Shown here: in pieces, positions 52,434 through 64,000 of the stretch
How positions within the stretch are numbered: position 1 is the stretch's first letter
Layout: each line of letters opens with the position of its first letter
Assembly: GCF_006345805.1 (NCBI RefSeq)
Contig: NW_021836137.1
Coordinates: 62,001-126,000 of the forward strand
Reading direction: 5' to 3'
DNA from: Octopus sinensis
Taxonomy: Eukaryota
DNA: 64,000 bases
Made by a program: the position numbers and the translations under genes
The notes under the pieces: generated by a model
What the model saw: only the letters and a program-made list of their open reading frames with translations
Told to the model about the DNA's origin: nothing
Database searches by the model: none

Positions 52434-53000
52434 ACTTAACTTTACAATGCTTATTTCCATACCATGTTAATGCTTTTTTTTTTTTAATAATTTTTATCTT
52501 TCTACCTTTTTATCTTCGTCTTTTTTATCCCTGGTCTGCTAAGTATTTGCAATGCATCTGAAACCGGCTGACCTAACAACTTTTCTATCTCACTATCATT
52601 GTTTTCTTTTGCTAGATTATCAGGCTTCCTTTGATCCAGCCTCCATAGCCATTTTCTCTAACTCTTGATTTTATGTCCAATTTTTATTTGTTGTGCCATT
52701 TAACTGATTCCATTAACTGACATAGTAAACTAACTTTCTATCAATTACGATAACCTTTTCCTTCCTCTCCTTTTGCTCTGCCTTTCATTACAACACTTCC
52801 TCTACTCTTCGTATCTTTCCACTCTTTTGAACTTACATATATTTATAAACACTGTTCTCTATTAAGCTGTTTGCCAATGTCTTCTGACGAGGGTTATATA
52901 ACTTCACCCCATGAGTCTCTCAAAATTCATGCTAGCTGATACACCTACAATATTATTGAACTTCATTTCATCATTTGCATATATATATATATATATATAT

Positions 53001-54757
53001 ATTATATAAAAGGCTTAGTAAAATAAATTACTTTGCCGCATACTGAACTCATTAGAAATAGCAGCTAAAAAACTTTTTTAAAACTATTTCTAATACTTAA
53101 AGAAAATCTCTCTCATATATAGTGTTTGCTTAATTCAACTCACAAAAGTTTGGGGGTAAGGACATCGAAAAATCAAATGCTAAGGTTATTCGAGAACGTA
53201 CGTTTCAAGATTAGTCAAAACAACATTTCTATCATCGGCTCAGAAATTCCTTGGTTTGGATTTGGAAACACTGAAAATAAGAACATACCCTTTCGAAGAT
53301 CTGCTCCCAACTAACAGTGCCAACAAATTCAAATAAGCAAGCGAAGAATCTCTGTTCTCCCCTTTCCACCAGCGTGGGTTAAAATCATCAAACACTATGC
53401 TTATTTCGGTAAAATCCGAAGCATTAATCAGAGGAAGATTAATTATAATTTCAACAATTGAGGGCAAAATTAATTAATTATTAATCAATTTCACCAAGTG
53501 TTCAGTATGCAAAGGGACCATTCAAGGCGAATTCAAATTATTACATTATATAAAAGGGCTTAGTAAAATAAATTACTTTGCCGCATACTGAACTCATTAG
53601 AAATAGCAGCTAAAAAACTTTTTTAAAACTATTTCTAATTACTTAATTTTGCCCTCAATTGTTGAAATTATAATTAATCTTCCTCTGATTAATGCTTCGG
53701 ATTTTACCGAAATAAGCATAGTGTTTGATGATTTTAACCCACGCTGGTGGAAAGGGGAGAACAGAGATTCTTCGCTTGCTTATTTGAATTTGTTGGCACT
53801 GTTAGTTGGGAGCAGATCTTCGAAAGGGTATGTTCTTATTTTCAGTGTTTCCAAATCCAAACCAAGGAATTTCTGAGCCGATGATAGAAATGTTGTTTTG
53901 ACTAATCTTGAAACGTACGTTCTCGAATAACCTTAGCATTTGATTTTTCGATGTCCTTACCCCCAAACTTTTGTGAGTTGAATTAAGCAAACACTATATA
54001 TGAGAGAGATTTTCTTTAAGTATTAGAAATAGTTTTAAAAAGGTTTTTTAGCTGCTATTTCTAATGAGTTCAGTATGCGGCAAAGTAATTTATTTTACTA
54101 AGCCCTTTTATATAATGTAATAATTTGAATTCGCCTTGAATGGTCCCTTTGCATACTGAACACTTGGTGAAATTGATTAATAATTAATTAATTTTGCCCT
54201 CAATTGTTGAAATTATAATTAATCTTCCTCTGATTAATGCTTCGGATTTTACCGAAATAAGCATAGTGTTTGATGATTTTAACCCACGCTGGTGGAAAGG
54301 GGAGAACAGAGATTCTTCGCTTGCTTATTTGAATTTGTTGGCACTGTTAGTTGGGAGCAGATCTTCGAAAGGGTATGTTCTTATTTTCAGTGTTTCCAAA
54401 TCCAAACCAAGGAATTTCTGAGCCGATGATAGAAATGTTGTTTTGACTAATCTTGAAACGTACGTTCTCGAATAACCTTAGCATTTGATTTTTCGATGTC
54501 CTTACCCCCAAACTTTTGTGAGTTGAATTAAGCAAACACTATATATGAGAGAGATTTTCTTTAAGTATTAGAAATAGTTTTAAAAAAGTTTTTTAGCTGC
54601 TATTTCTAATGAGTTCAGTATGCGGCAAAGTAATTTATTTTACTAAGCCCTTTTATATAATGTAATAATTGAATTCGCCTTGAATGGTCCCTTTGCATAC
54701 TGAACACTTGGTGAAATTGATTAATAATTAATTAATTTTGCCCTCAATTGTTGAAAT

Positions 54758-54761
<4 letters not shown>
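53001..54761. repeat. Inverted multimer of a ~545-bp non-coding, highly structured monomer
   Basis: 53001-53646 is ~1.2 units; 53643-54761 is ~2.05 units in the opposite orientation. Identical ORFs at 53649/54194 give a period of 545. (TA)n on both outer sides. Confidence 0.95.
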
Positions 54762-54789
<28 letters not shown>

Positions 54790-54907
54790 ATTATATATAT
54801 CCATATATATATATATATATGCATATGCATGATAAGTATGGATATTTTTATGAAAGTATATGTACTTGTATGATTGTGTGTGTGTGTGTGTGTGTGTGAT
54901 TAAAATA

Positions 54908-55121
54908 TTGGTTTCAAATTTTGGCACAAGGCCAGCAATTCTGGGTAGGCGGTAAGTCAATTGCATGGACCCCAGTACTTTACTGGTACTTATTTTATCG
55001 ACCCTGAAAGGATGAAAGGCAAATCGACCTCGGTGGAATTTGAACTCAGAATGTAAAAATGGATGAAATGCCACTAAGCATTTTGCCCAGTGTGCTAATG
55101 ATTCTACAAGATTGCTGCCTT
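54908..55121 (-). mobile_element. SINE family 2 (Meta-domain-like)
   Basis: CTGGTACTTATTTTATCGACCCTGAAAGGATGAAAGGCAAATCGACCTCGGTGGAATTTGAACTCAGAA. Confidence 0.85.
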
Positions 55122-55283
55122 ATGTAAGTAAAATATTGTGCTTGTGTGTAGATATATATATGTGTGTACATAAGTATGTATGCATATATATGTATGTGGC
55201 ATCTTGGGCAAATATCCTTTTGTTTAATCTATACTTGCATGGTAAATGATATTGTTCAGTTTGTGTGTGTATGTGTATGTGTA

Positions 55284-55316
<33 letters not shown>

Positions 55317-55321
<5 letters not shown>

Positions 55322-55659
55322 CCACCAATCTGCTTTGCTTTCTTTTCTTTCTACATGCCACCCTAAAAAAACATCGCCATTCCCGCCCGTTTCTCTAAAA
55401 GTTCAACCTTCACATATTCCCTTTAATTCGATCTCCACCATTCACTATCATTTCTTCCCCTGGCTTACAGCGATGTCCATGAGCAGGCTAAGATTTCTCC
55501 CTTCTTTTTTCATACATACATACATACATTTGTCTACCGTTTAAATGTTTTGAACTTATAACCACCAATCTGCTTTGCTTTCCTTTTCTTTCTACATGCC
55601 ACCCTAAAAACATCGCCATTCCCGCCCGTTTCTCTAAAGTTCAACCTTCGCATATTCCC
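55317..55659. repeat. ~103-bp direct repeat, period 240 bp
   Basis: TATAACCACCAATCTGCTTTGC...CATATTCCC at 55317-55421 and 55557-55659. Confidence 0.93.
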
Positions 55660-55911
55660 GGTGCACCCGCCCTTGCCCACCCCCACCACCAATACCGGAT
55701 ATCTCTATATTTTTGTTCCATCTATACCGGATGTCGCTTCTCCCACCACCATTATAGGTGTCTACTCTTCGAACCCCCCTCTTCAACATGCTATTTCACC
55801 ATGCATTACCCTCTCTTGATATCCTACGTTCTACTTGCCTAGAACCTGTCATCATTTCTCTGAACCACCCCTCCCCACTGGTGCTCCCCTATATATTTCT
55901 GCACCCCAACC

Positions 55912-56157
55912 CACATAAAAAGCACCATCCGAACGTGGCCGATGCCAGACCCCTCTGGCACCTGTGCAGGTGGCACATAAAAAACACCCACTACACTCGC
56001 GGAGTGGCTGGCATTAGGAAGGGCATCCAGCTGTAGAAACACTGCCAGACTAGACTGGAGCCTGGGGCAGTCCCGAGCTCCCCAGACCCCGGTCGAAACC
56101 GTCCAACCCGTGCTAGCGCGGAAAACGGACGTTAAACGATGATGATGATGATGATGA
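55912..56157 (+). mobile_element. Young RTE-tail element
   Basis: One hairpin module plus the full tail ending GGACGTTAAACGATGATGATG. Confidence 0.88.
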
Positions 56158-56429
56158 CAGCATCAGTCAGTGATTACCTGAATCAGATGCAAAGATAAGG
56201 CTTGATTATACCACATAACTGTACATGCAACTCTCCATCTGAATACATTCCTTATGTCTGTTATTGTCTACCTGTCTTTTCTGCTTCCATACATTCTTGA
56301 AGATCATTCTTGTGGCTGACTTTTTACCACAGTACTAACTACCCTTGATGAAAAAGATTTATTTCTATGATCCATGCTTACTTTAGGATGATATTTATAT
56401 ATATAAATTTTATGTATTATACATATCCT

Positions 56430-56953
56430 CGTCATCATTTAACATCTGCTTTCCATACTGGCATGGGTTGGATGGTTTGACAGAGAACTGGTAAGCCGGG
56501 AGACTGTACCAGGCTCCAATGATTTGGCAAGGTTTCTACAGCTGGATGCCCTTCCTAATGCCAACCACTCTGATAGTTTAGTGGGTGTTTTTTATGTGGC
56601 ACTGGAATGGGAGCCAGTCAGGTGGCACTGGCATTAGCCATGCTCAAATGGTTCTTTTTATGTGCCACTGGCACAGGTGCAAGTCAGGCGGCATTGGCAC
56701 CAACCATACTCAAATGGTACTTTTTACATGCCACCAGCAAGGGTGCCAGTCAGGCTGCACTGGCATCGGCTACACTTGAATGGTGCTTTTTACGTGCCAT
56801 GACTACAATTTTACTTGTTTCAACAGCTCTTCACAAGCATACCATATTGCCCAACGACTGAAGGGTACTTTCAAATGGGCCAGTTGTGCGACAGAGGCAT
56901 CGGCCATGACTACGATCTCACTTGGCCTGAGATTGGCCACAACTACAATCTCA
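56430..56953 (-). mobile_element. RTE-tail element with three full 66-bp modules
   Basis: T5 anchors at about 56589, 56655, 56721 and 56787. Confidence 0.85.
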
Positions 56954-57231
56954 CTTCGGTGTATGTAGCTTTGTCTATAAAATAATGATGTTATCAAATG
57001 GTGCCCAATGATCACTGTATGTTCCAACCATGAGCTATAAACTATAAAACCCTATTAGCACTGTATGTGTGTGTATATTAACAGATGGCCAATAAAACCT
57101 TACATAAAAAAAATGTCGATGACTTGCTAATAGGGTTTTATAGTTCATAGCTCATGGTAGAAACATGCAGTGATCATTGGGTACCATTTGATGACTTCAT
57201 TTCTTCATAGTCAAATCAACATACACCGAAG
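56954..57231. repeat. Inverted repeat, ~107-bp arms, 64-bp spacer
   Basis: CTTCGGTGTATG..CCCTATTAGCA (56954-57060) versus TGCTAATAGGG..CATACACCGAAG (57125-57231). Confidence 0.93.
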
Positions 57232-58290
57232 CTGAAAGAATTAGAAGCACCTTTCAAATGTAATTATTGTCTTATATACATATTTTTGTGTGTGTGTGTA
57301 TGTGTGTGTGTGTGTGTGTGTGTGTACATGTAAAGCAAAGTGTCAAAATATTCTGATATCAACTGTGGGACTTAAACAGCATATCTAATTTAAACCATAT
57401 GGCAGTGTTAATCACTGCACAAAAATACATACACGAAGTGTGCATATGTATATCACCAAAGGATAGCCAATTAATATGTATACTGAATGAAAACACCATG
57501 TGATATCAGGTGGTATTTAGTTTGCTGAGGTATATCCTGCTGTTAAACTTCATCATTTGATAAACAGAAGTTGTTAAAATAAGTACCACTCAAATTTCTA
57601 GTCAAAAGAATCAACTAAAAGCCCTGAAGATTGTACCCTAACTTTACTTCATCCCAGTGGCTGAAAGCAGAGAACGAATAAAAGAAAATACTCTTCCTGC
57701 TGTGAATTTGTATGTGTAACAATTGTGTTTATGTCTGTGTTAAAGAAATTCTATTTTTCCAAGAGAGTGACTATGAAACACTTACATATTTTAATAACAA
57801 TGAATGCTATAAAAATGATAATGATATTATCAATAAGTCTGTCTGCACTCAACTATTTCATTTTAAATATTCACCCATATATTTAATTACAAATTATAGC
57901 CAGAGGACTTATCCAATAAGTTTATCTGTTTATCTGACATATCATTGAGGGCCGAGAGAGAAAATAAAAATAAAATGTACTTATCGCAATCAAAATTGCA
58001 TTAACTTTATATTCAAATATCAATTGTCACTAAAATTTTCATATTAAGATACTACATTGTACATATTAGATGAACAGTTCTGAAATATATATCATTTAAT
58101 TATCAACTTATATTTAAATAACATTCGATATTTTAACTGAGTAAGAAAATTGTGGTTGCACAGATGTGAATATATTCAAAACAGTAATATAATGTTCTAA
58201 ATACAAACTTTGGGTGATAATAAATTGTACATAAAACTGAATATCCATCTCTCTTACTCTCTCTACACATACATATAAATATATATATGT

Positions 58291-58570
58291 ATCATCATCA
58301 TCGTTTAACGTCCATTTTCCATGCTAGCATGGGTTGGGCGGTTCAACCAGGGTCTGGGAAGCCAGGGGTTGCACCAGGCTCCAGTCTGATCTAGCAGTGT
58401 TTCTACAGCTGGATGCCCTTCCTAACGCCAACCACTCTGCGAGTGTAGTGGGTGCTTTTTACGTGCCACCTGCACAGGTGCCAGGGGGGTCTGGCATCGG
58501 CCACGATCGGTTGGTGCTTTTAACATGCCACCGGCACGGAAGCCAGCCAAGGCGGCGCTGGCATTGGCAT
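58291..58570 (-). mobile_element. Young RTE-tail element
   Basis: Close reverse complement of 55912-56157. Confidence 0.88.
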
Positions 58571-58969
58571 GCAGAGAGAGAGAGAGATGTGTGTGTGAAG
58601 TGTATGTTTAGAAAAGAGGGGTAGTCAGAATTTTGGGTAATTATATATTACTATTTTCCTCTCATTTATTTCTGAGACTCATCAGATATGAATTTTTAAA
58701 GAAAGTGTTATGCCTTTTATATAAATCTGGAAGTGTGTGTGTGTATATGTATGCATACATATATATGTGTATGTATTTGTAGGTATGTGCATACATGCAT
58801 GTGTGGTGCAAGCATGTGTGTGTGTGTGATGAACCCTTGGAGGCCTGGCCAGAGGGAGAAAAATGGAGGAAGTAAGAAAGACTATATATATATAATCATT
58901 TCACGTCTGTTGTCCATGCTGGCAGGCTGGACAGCTACACCATATATATATATATATATATATACATAT

Positions 58970-59222
58970 GAGAAGAAGACCCATCAAGCCAAGTAAAATC
59001 ATAGTCATGGCAGATACTGGTGAAACGCAAATGGCAGCCACGCCACTGGCAATGTAAAAGCACCTGTTACACTCTCAGAGTGGTTGGCATGAAGAAGGGT
59101 ATCCAGCCACAGAAAACCATGCCAAATCAGACTGAATCCTGGCACAGCCATCCAGCATGCCAGCCCAGTCAAAGTGCCCAACCCATACCAGAATTGACAA
59201 CAGGTGTTAAATGGTGATGATA
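58970..59222 (+). mobile_element. RTE 3' UTR fragment
   Basis: AGAAGACCCATCAAGCCAAGT matches 33628-33648; continues through the shared tail. Confidence 0.78.
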
Positions 59223-60579
59223 TATGTAAGTTATAATTAAAGTTTAGATTTGAAATTTAAAAGTTAGCATGTAAACTGTATTGTGGGTATGTCTCTAGCA
59301 GTGTTCTGGCAGCACACATTCACCTCTTATGGCTACCTGGAGTCATCCACAGTAAATACACATTCACTGTTGGGTCTAGGTTACGAATTCCTTGGTGCAC
59401 ATTGAGTATAGTAGAAATAATTAATATGGAAGATAGAGTATACTGGAAAGTTTATTTATCACAACGATTGTTTCGGCATTTTTTTAATAAGTGTTTATTG
59501 TTGATCTAATTAATTGACTATTAAAAAGAATATACTGTCTTATTTGATCGTTGGTCATATGTGATTTTTGAAAAAGTCACTAATCTAAAGTATCCACAAG
59601 AATTGGCTGGGATCAATGATGCACTACATCAACAAAAATCAATTCAATAAAGTTCACAAGATGGACTAACTGACAAATATTTTTTTCACTATGACAAACA
59701 ATGGTAACAAATAGTGTGAACTTTAAAGTAAGCAGTACCCTACAATAGCAACAACGAAACCACCTGTTTGCATCTTGATGTAAAATCATAAGCATATATT
59801 TGAGCTATAACAGTGCCCTACCGTTACTGGTAGAGAGTAATTGTGAAGACTGCAGGGCATGGGCCAATAAAACAAGCTAAAATATATATTTATTATAACT
59901 CAAGAAGGACAGGACAGTAAAATGATAGACAGAATATTTTATTAAAGATAGAGAAGATATTATTGGTTTATGTAGTATCATTCCATTCCATTAAGGACTT
60001 TTATCAATGCACTGTGGCTGAACATACACATAGAGACATGCTCTTGGCATTAACAATATGTATAGTGTAGAACAGAGAAGAAATAAGATAGATATAATAG
60101 TCAATTTGAATTATAAAAGGTGTTGTCACTTTTATTGAATATCAAACTTTCAAATGGAAAAACAAAAATGGCATGCAACCTGTAGAAATGTTATAAGCTT
60201 GATATGTTTCATAGAAACTGCTAATATTGTTTGAGGAAAATTTAAGAGAACAGTTGGATATTTAGGTTCACTACATTCAATGCAATGTTATGAAATGCTA
60301 AAGTAGAATATGGGTGATGATCAGTTTTAACAGTAGAACAAATATTTGTATAGATTGTCTAAAAGTTTCATAAATATATGAATTTATCCTGAACCAAACT
60401 TTGTCTTGAAGTATTTCAATAATTTAACATGCAATGAAGTTATATACAAACAATTCTCTGAATCTGCATGAGCATTGAATCAACATAGAAATGTAGTTTC
60501 AAAGAGAATTTGGATGAATTGAGCAGCAATAATAATAGTAATAAATAACGATTTCTAAGACAATATTAAAATTATATAG

Positions 60580-60750
60580 TTGTTATTTAGCCTGAGTTCA
60601 GACTTATTAGAGCAGACCTGTGATCAAATGTATTCCAATGGTGACCATTCCAACTTAGATAAGATACATTTAGGACTACATAAGTTCACTATGTCCCTTT
60701 TTAAGGTAGTAAGGTGTGATTTGATGAAAATTTTGGCTGATGTTTCTAGC
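60580..60750. repeat. Dispersed repeat, unclassified (related decayed copy at ~50745-50885, opposite strand)
   Basis: TTATTTAG..GAGCAGACCTGTGA..GACCATTCC..GGTGTGATTTG..TTTGGCTG..TTTCTAGCA. Confidence 0.5.
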
Positions 60751-61059
60751 ACTTAATCTCTACAAAACTGTTATTTTCACCAGTCATAACCTACACAGAA
60801 ACAGCCTTCATATTTGAAAATACATGCAGCCTACAAATTTTGAAATGCAATTTTTATGGTTTGTACTAGATCTCAATATGAACATCTTCAAAGCATAGCA
60901 GCCCTTAAGCTCCCCTTTCTCACAAACTGCAACTGATCCTTTCAATCCACTCCACTGCCAAAAGAATCTCTGCTAACTTTGTGAAATCTTCCTTTCCTCC
61001 ACTTTTCAACCATGATAGTTTTATGAGAAAAGTATTCTCAAGAAAGAAAGCCTTTACAT

Positions 61060-61586
61060 CAGTGTTTCTCGACGTTTTTACCCTTAAAATAAATTGCACA
61101 AGAAAAAGAAATATTATATAACATATCTTTCACACATTTTTTCCTCAAAGTTCACATGGCCCAGTGATCATGGTCGTGGGATTGCTGTTTCGATTTCCAA
61201 GTCGGATGTTGTAAGTGTTTATTGAGCGACAACACCTAAAGCTCCATAAGGCTCCAGCAGGGGTCGGTGGCGAACCCTGCTGTACTCTTTCAACAAAGGG
61301 CCAGCTTTGTCACTCTGTGTCATGCTGAATCTCCCTGAGAACTACGTTAAAGGTACACATCTGTGGAGTGCTCAGCGACTTGCATGTTAATTTCACGAGC
61401 AGGCTATTGTGTTGATCAGATCAACTGGAACCCTCATCATCTTAACCAATGGAGTGCCACGATGATATATAATTTTATATATATATCATGAAATTAGCAT
61501 TAGCTTATCTCACTCTTTCTCATGGAGCCCCTAGGAATCTTTTGCAGAACTCTAAGGTTCTACGGAACCCTGGTTGAGAAACGCTG
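61060..61586. mobile_element. hAT-type MITE with nested SINE
   Basis: TIRs CAGTGTTTCTCGAC / CAGCGTTTCTCAAC; TSD CTTTACAT / CTCTACAT (7 of 8). Confidence 0.85.
61150..61461 (+). mobile_element. tRNA-derived SINE, fourth family, nested in the hAT MITE
   Basis: TGGCCCAGTG (A-box-like)..GTTTCGATTTCC (B-box-like)..GAGAACTACGTTAA..ATCAACTGGAACCCTC..GGAGTGCCA. Confidence 0.7.
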
Positions 61587-61929
61587 CTCTACATTCACTG
61601 GCTGTTTCATAACCAACTCTACACTGCACACACCAGATGAATCTTTTCTAAAACTACTTCTATCCACACTACACACCTCACTAATTTGCAGAAATATACA
61701 CCAAGTGCAAAAGTACCTCTAATTGAGGCCACAAATAAAGCCAAGTAGCCTTGGTAATCTCCCTTTCATTATACTCAAATAATGCATTTACATGTGAGCT
61801 CCACACTTGCCAAACTTTCCAGTTTTCTCTCTCTCTCTCTCTCTCTTGCCTCCTCCTTTCTTTGTATAGAGATATATTCTAATTTCTGAAAACATGTTAA
61901 AATGTGTTGCATTCTCCAAAATGATAACA

Positions 61930-62495
61930 CTGTTTTGACCCTTCTAAATATTTTCATAACACAATCACTACCTTCACCTCAAAAAATATGGAGACAGCCA
62001 TTAACAACAACTAGCTCTGCAAACTCGAATCTCTCATCAGTGACCACTAGTGCATCTTTTTTTAAAGCTAGTCCTACTGGAGTCTTGCTTACCAGTGGAA
62101 ATTTAGTGAAGACAGAATTGTTACACATGACAGTAATCTTTTAACTATGTCTGGCATCTATCTCTTATCTTTTAGATTGTTAGTTTCCTATCAAATAGCA
62201 CTATCACAATATATGCAAATGGAGTTTCCTTTCATACAAATTCTATTAAGCCTAGTGTACTCCATGTTAATTGCATCCAAATTTGTCTTCCACATTCTTC
62301 TTCTAATACGTCAATGACTTACTTGCCATAACATCAACAATGACCATTCCTATACCAAGGATACCACCCTTTCTTTACCAGCTAACTTTTCTCACCCAAG
62401 TTTCATCCACATGCACTTTAGACATACCATGCCAAATCTGTACTTATTCCATAAACTGATATCAGAAAAACCTTCTCAAATCAAGTTAGCATAAA
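61930..62495 (-). pseudogene. Highly decayed RTE RT remnant
   Basis: Minus-strand traces: IYAN (YADD position) at ~62495 and ELVVVNG..GEGSDC..RRVK near 62000. Confidence 0.4.
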
Positions 62496-62497
62496 TC

Positions 62498-62882
62498 ATA
62501 GGTGCAAGCTGAAGCTTGCTTCCAAACCACATGGTTCCGGGTTCAGTCCCACTATATGACATCTTGAGTAAGTGTTTTCTATTATAGTCATAAACTGATC
62601 AAAACCTTGTAAGTGGATTCGGTCGATGGAAACTGAAAGAAGCCCATAATGTGAGTGTGCACGTGTCTTTGTGTCCGTGTTTGCCCCACCCACACACACA
62701 TCACTTGACAACCAGCAGTGGCATGTTTACATCCCTGTAACTTAACAGTTTGACAAAAGAGACCAATAGAATAATTACAAAGCTTAAAAGATAAGTACTG
62801 AGGTTGATTTGTTCGACTAAAACCCTTCAGGGCAGTGCCCCAGCATGGCTGTAGTCTAATGACTAAAACAAGTAAAAGATAA
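62498..62882 (+). mobile_element. OR/CORE-type SINE
   Basis: AACCACATGGTTCCGGGTTCAGTCCCACT..GGAAACTGAAAGAAGCCC..AAACAAGTAAAAGA. Confidence 0.88.
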
Positions 62883-63323
62883 ATGGAAAAACAAAACAGA
62901 CATTTACTGCACATGCCAAGAAGATATTATTGTACCTCACCCCAACATCCCTTATACATGAGCAGCATGCAATTAGGTCCTTTACAATCACTTCAAGTGC
63001 TAGGCTCCACTATCATTGAGGACCCCTCCAGGAAAATGCATGTCTTTAACATAGGAAGGACAGCTTTCCTTTTCAACCAATCAAAAAAACATTGATAAAT
63101 TTTAATAAATCCAGTTTAATATATTTTAATCAAAATGTTGCTTTGACTGTTCATTTTGAAAAACCATCTTTGCTCAAAATACACAGATCTCTCTCTCTGT
63201 CCCACTTTCTTTCTCCAGGTCTTATTGATTGTGGTCATATCCAGTCATATATATTACTCTACCTCTGGTATTTGAGTACTCTTTTTTCCACCTTGTTTCA
63301 CATTTATAAGTTTACTCTGGTAT

Positions 63324-63387
<64 letters not shown>

Positions 63388-63897
63388 TTCTATCTTCATA
63401 TTTAGATTTACTTTCATATCACTTCTGTGTATTTTCACTCGTCAAAAAATTAATGTAACAGCAATTAAAATTTAAAAGAGATGTCGGTAATGCTGTTCAC
63501 ATATAGTGAGGATATAAAATCAAAGCACTTACATTTCACTATTCTCTAATTTTCGATTTTTCTTATAAATATTTAACTAAATTTTTCACTTCCCTTTCAT
63601 ATTTCAGTATTTATCTTTTCTCTAAAAGTTAGGAATCAGCACATTCAATAATGTAGTATTGTATACACACAAAAAAATTAAGATAGTGAACATATGAACA
63701 CACACACGTAAGTGTGCATGTATGTTGCAGTAACTGGTCCTGAAGTGCAATGGCATTGGTGGGATCTTTGGCACTATGCAGTGTCGTCCCGTTCTATATA
63801 TATATATAGAATATACATATATATATATATATATAGAATATACGTATATAATATATATATTTAAACATATATATCTATATGAATGTATAAAACCAAT

Positions 63898-63941
<44 letters not shown>

Positions 63942-64000
63942 CACACACATATATAAATATATATATACATATATATATATATACACACAAATATATAGAT

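Noticed and set aside
54061-54195. CTAATGA + 11-bp stem + GAAA as a hammerhead in the 545-nt monomer
   Set aside because: The essential G5 is A, seven extra nucleotides separate the stem from GAAA, and stem I does not pair. At best a remnant.
53126-54535. Repeated 75-aa and 62-aa ORFs in the 545-bp array as a small operon-like gene pair
   Set aside because: They start at TTG, have no recognisable motif, and recur only because the DNA is repeated.
56585-56800. 66-bp periodic repeats as a CRISPR-like array
   Set aside because: Whole units are homologous with no unique spacers, the context is a eukaryotic LINE UTR, and there are no cas genes.
58660-58692. Minus-strand CTGATGA..GAAA hammerhead-like word
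   Set aside because: No stem II pairing and no valid cleavage triplet or stem I.

Overview
AT-rich, microsatellite-dense eukaryotic non-coding DNA. The SINE families match what I recall of octopus (coleoid cephalopod) repeats; this is an inference, with no database used. I found no recognisable intact protein-coding or structural RNA gene. Nearly every listed ORF is low-complexity noise or a decayed transposon fragment. The window holds several tRNA-derived SINE families, RTE LINE fragments and their detached 3' tails, five R4/Dong-like non-LTR remnants (four stacked head-to-tail at 5.0-7.8 kb), two mariner fragments, hAT and TTAA MITEs, Helitron-type elements and Penelope-like LTR pieces with minimal hammerhead ribozymes. 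There is also a near-perfect 1.12-kb tandem duplication and two fold-back inverted repeats. The most unusual object is at 53.0-54.8 kb: a non-coding ~545-bp monomer present as 1.2 + 2.05 near-identical copies in inverted orientation, with different starting phases, sitting inside a (TA)n tract. One strand folds almost completely, with many G-U pairs, making it a candidate circular-RNA/retrozyme-like retroelement with no canonical ribozyme. A second oddity is a 580-bp element at 10.56-11.14 kb carrying a 64-bp hairpin with regularly spaced CTC bulges. A few weak minus-strand splice signals suggest the window may lie in a long intron.
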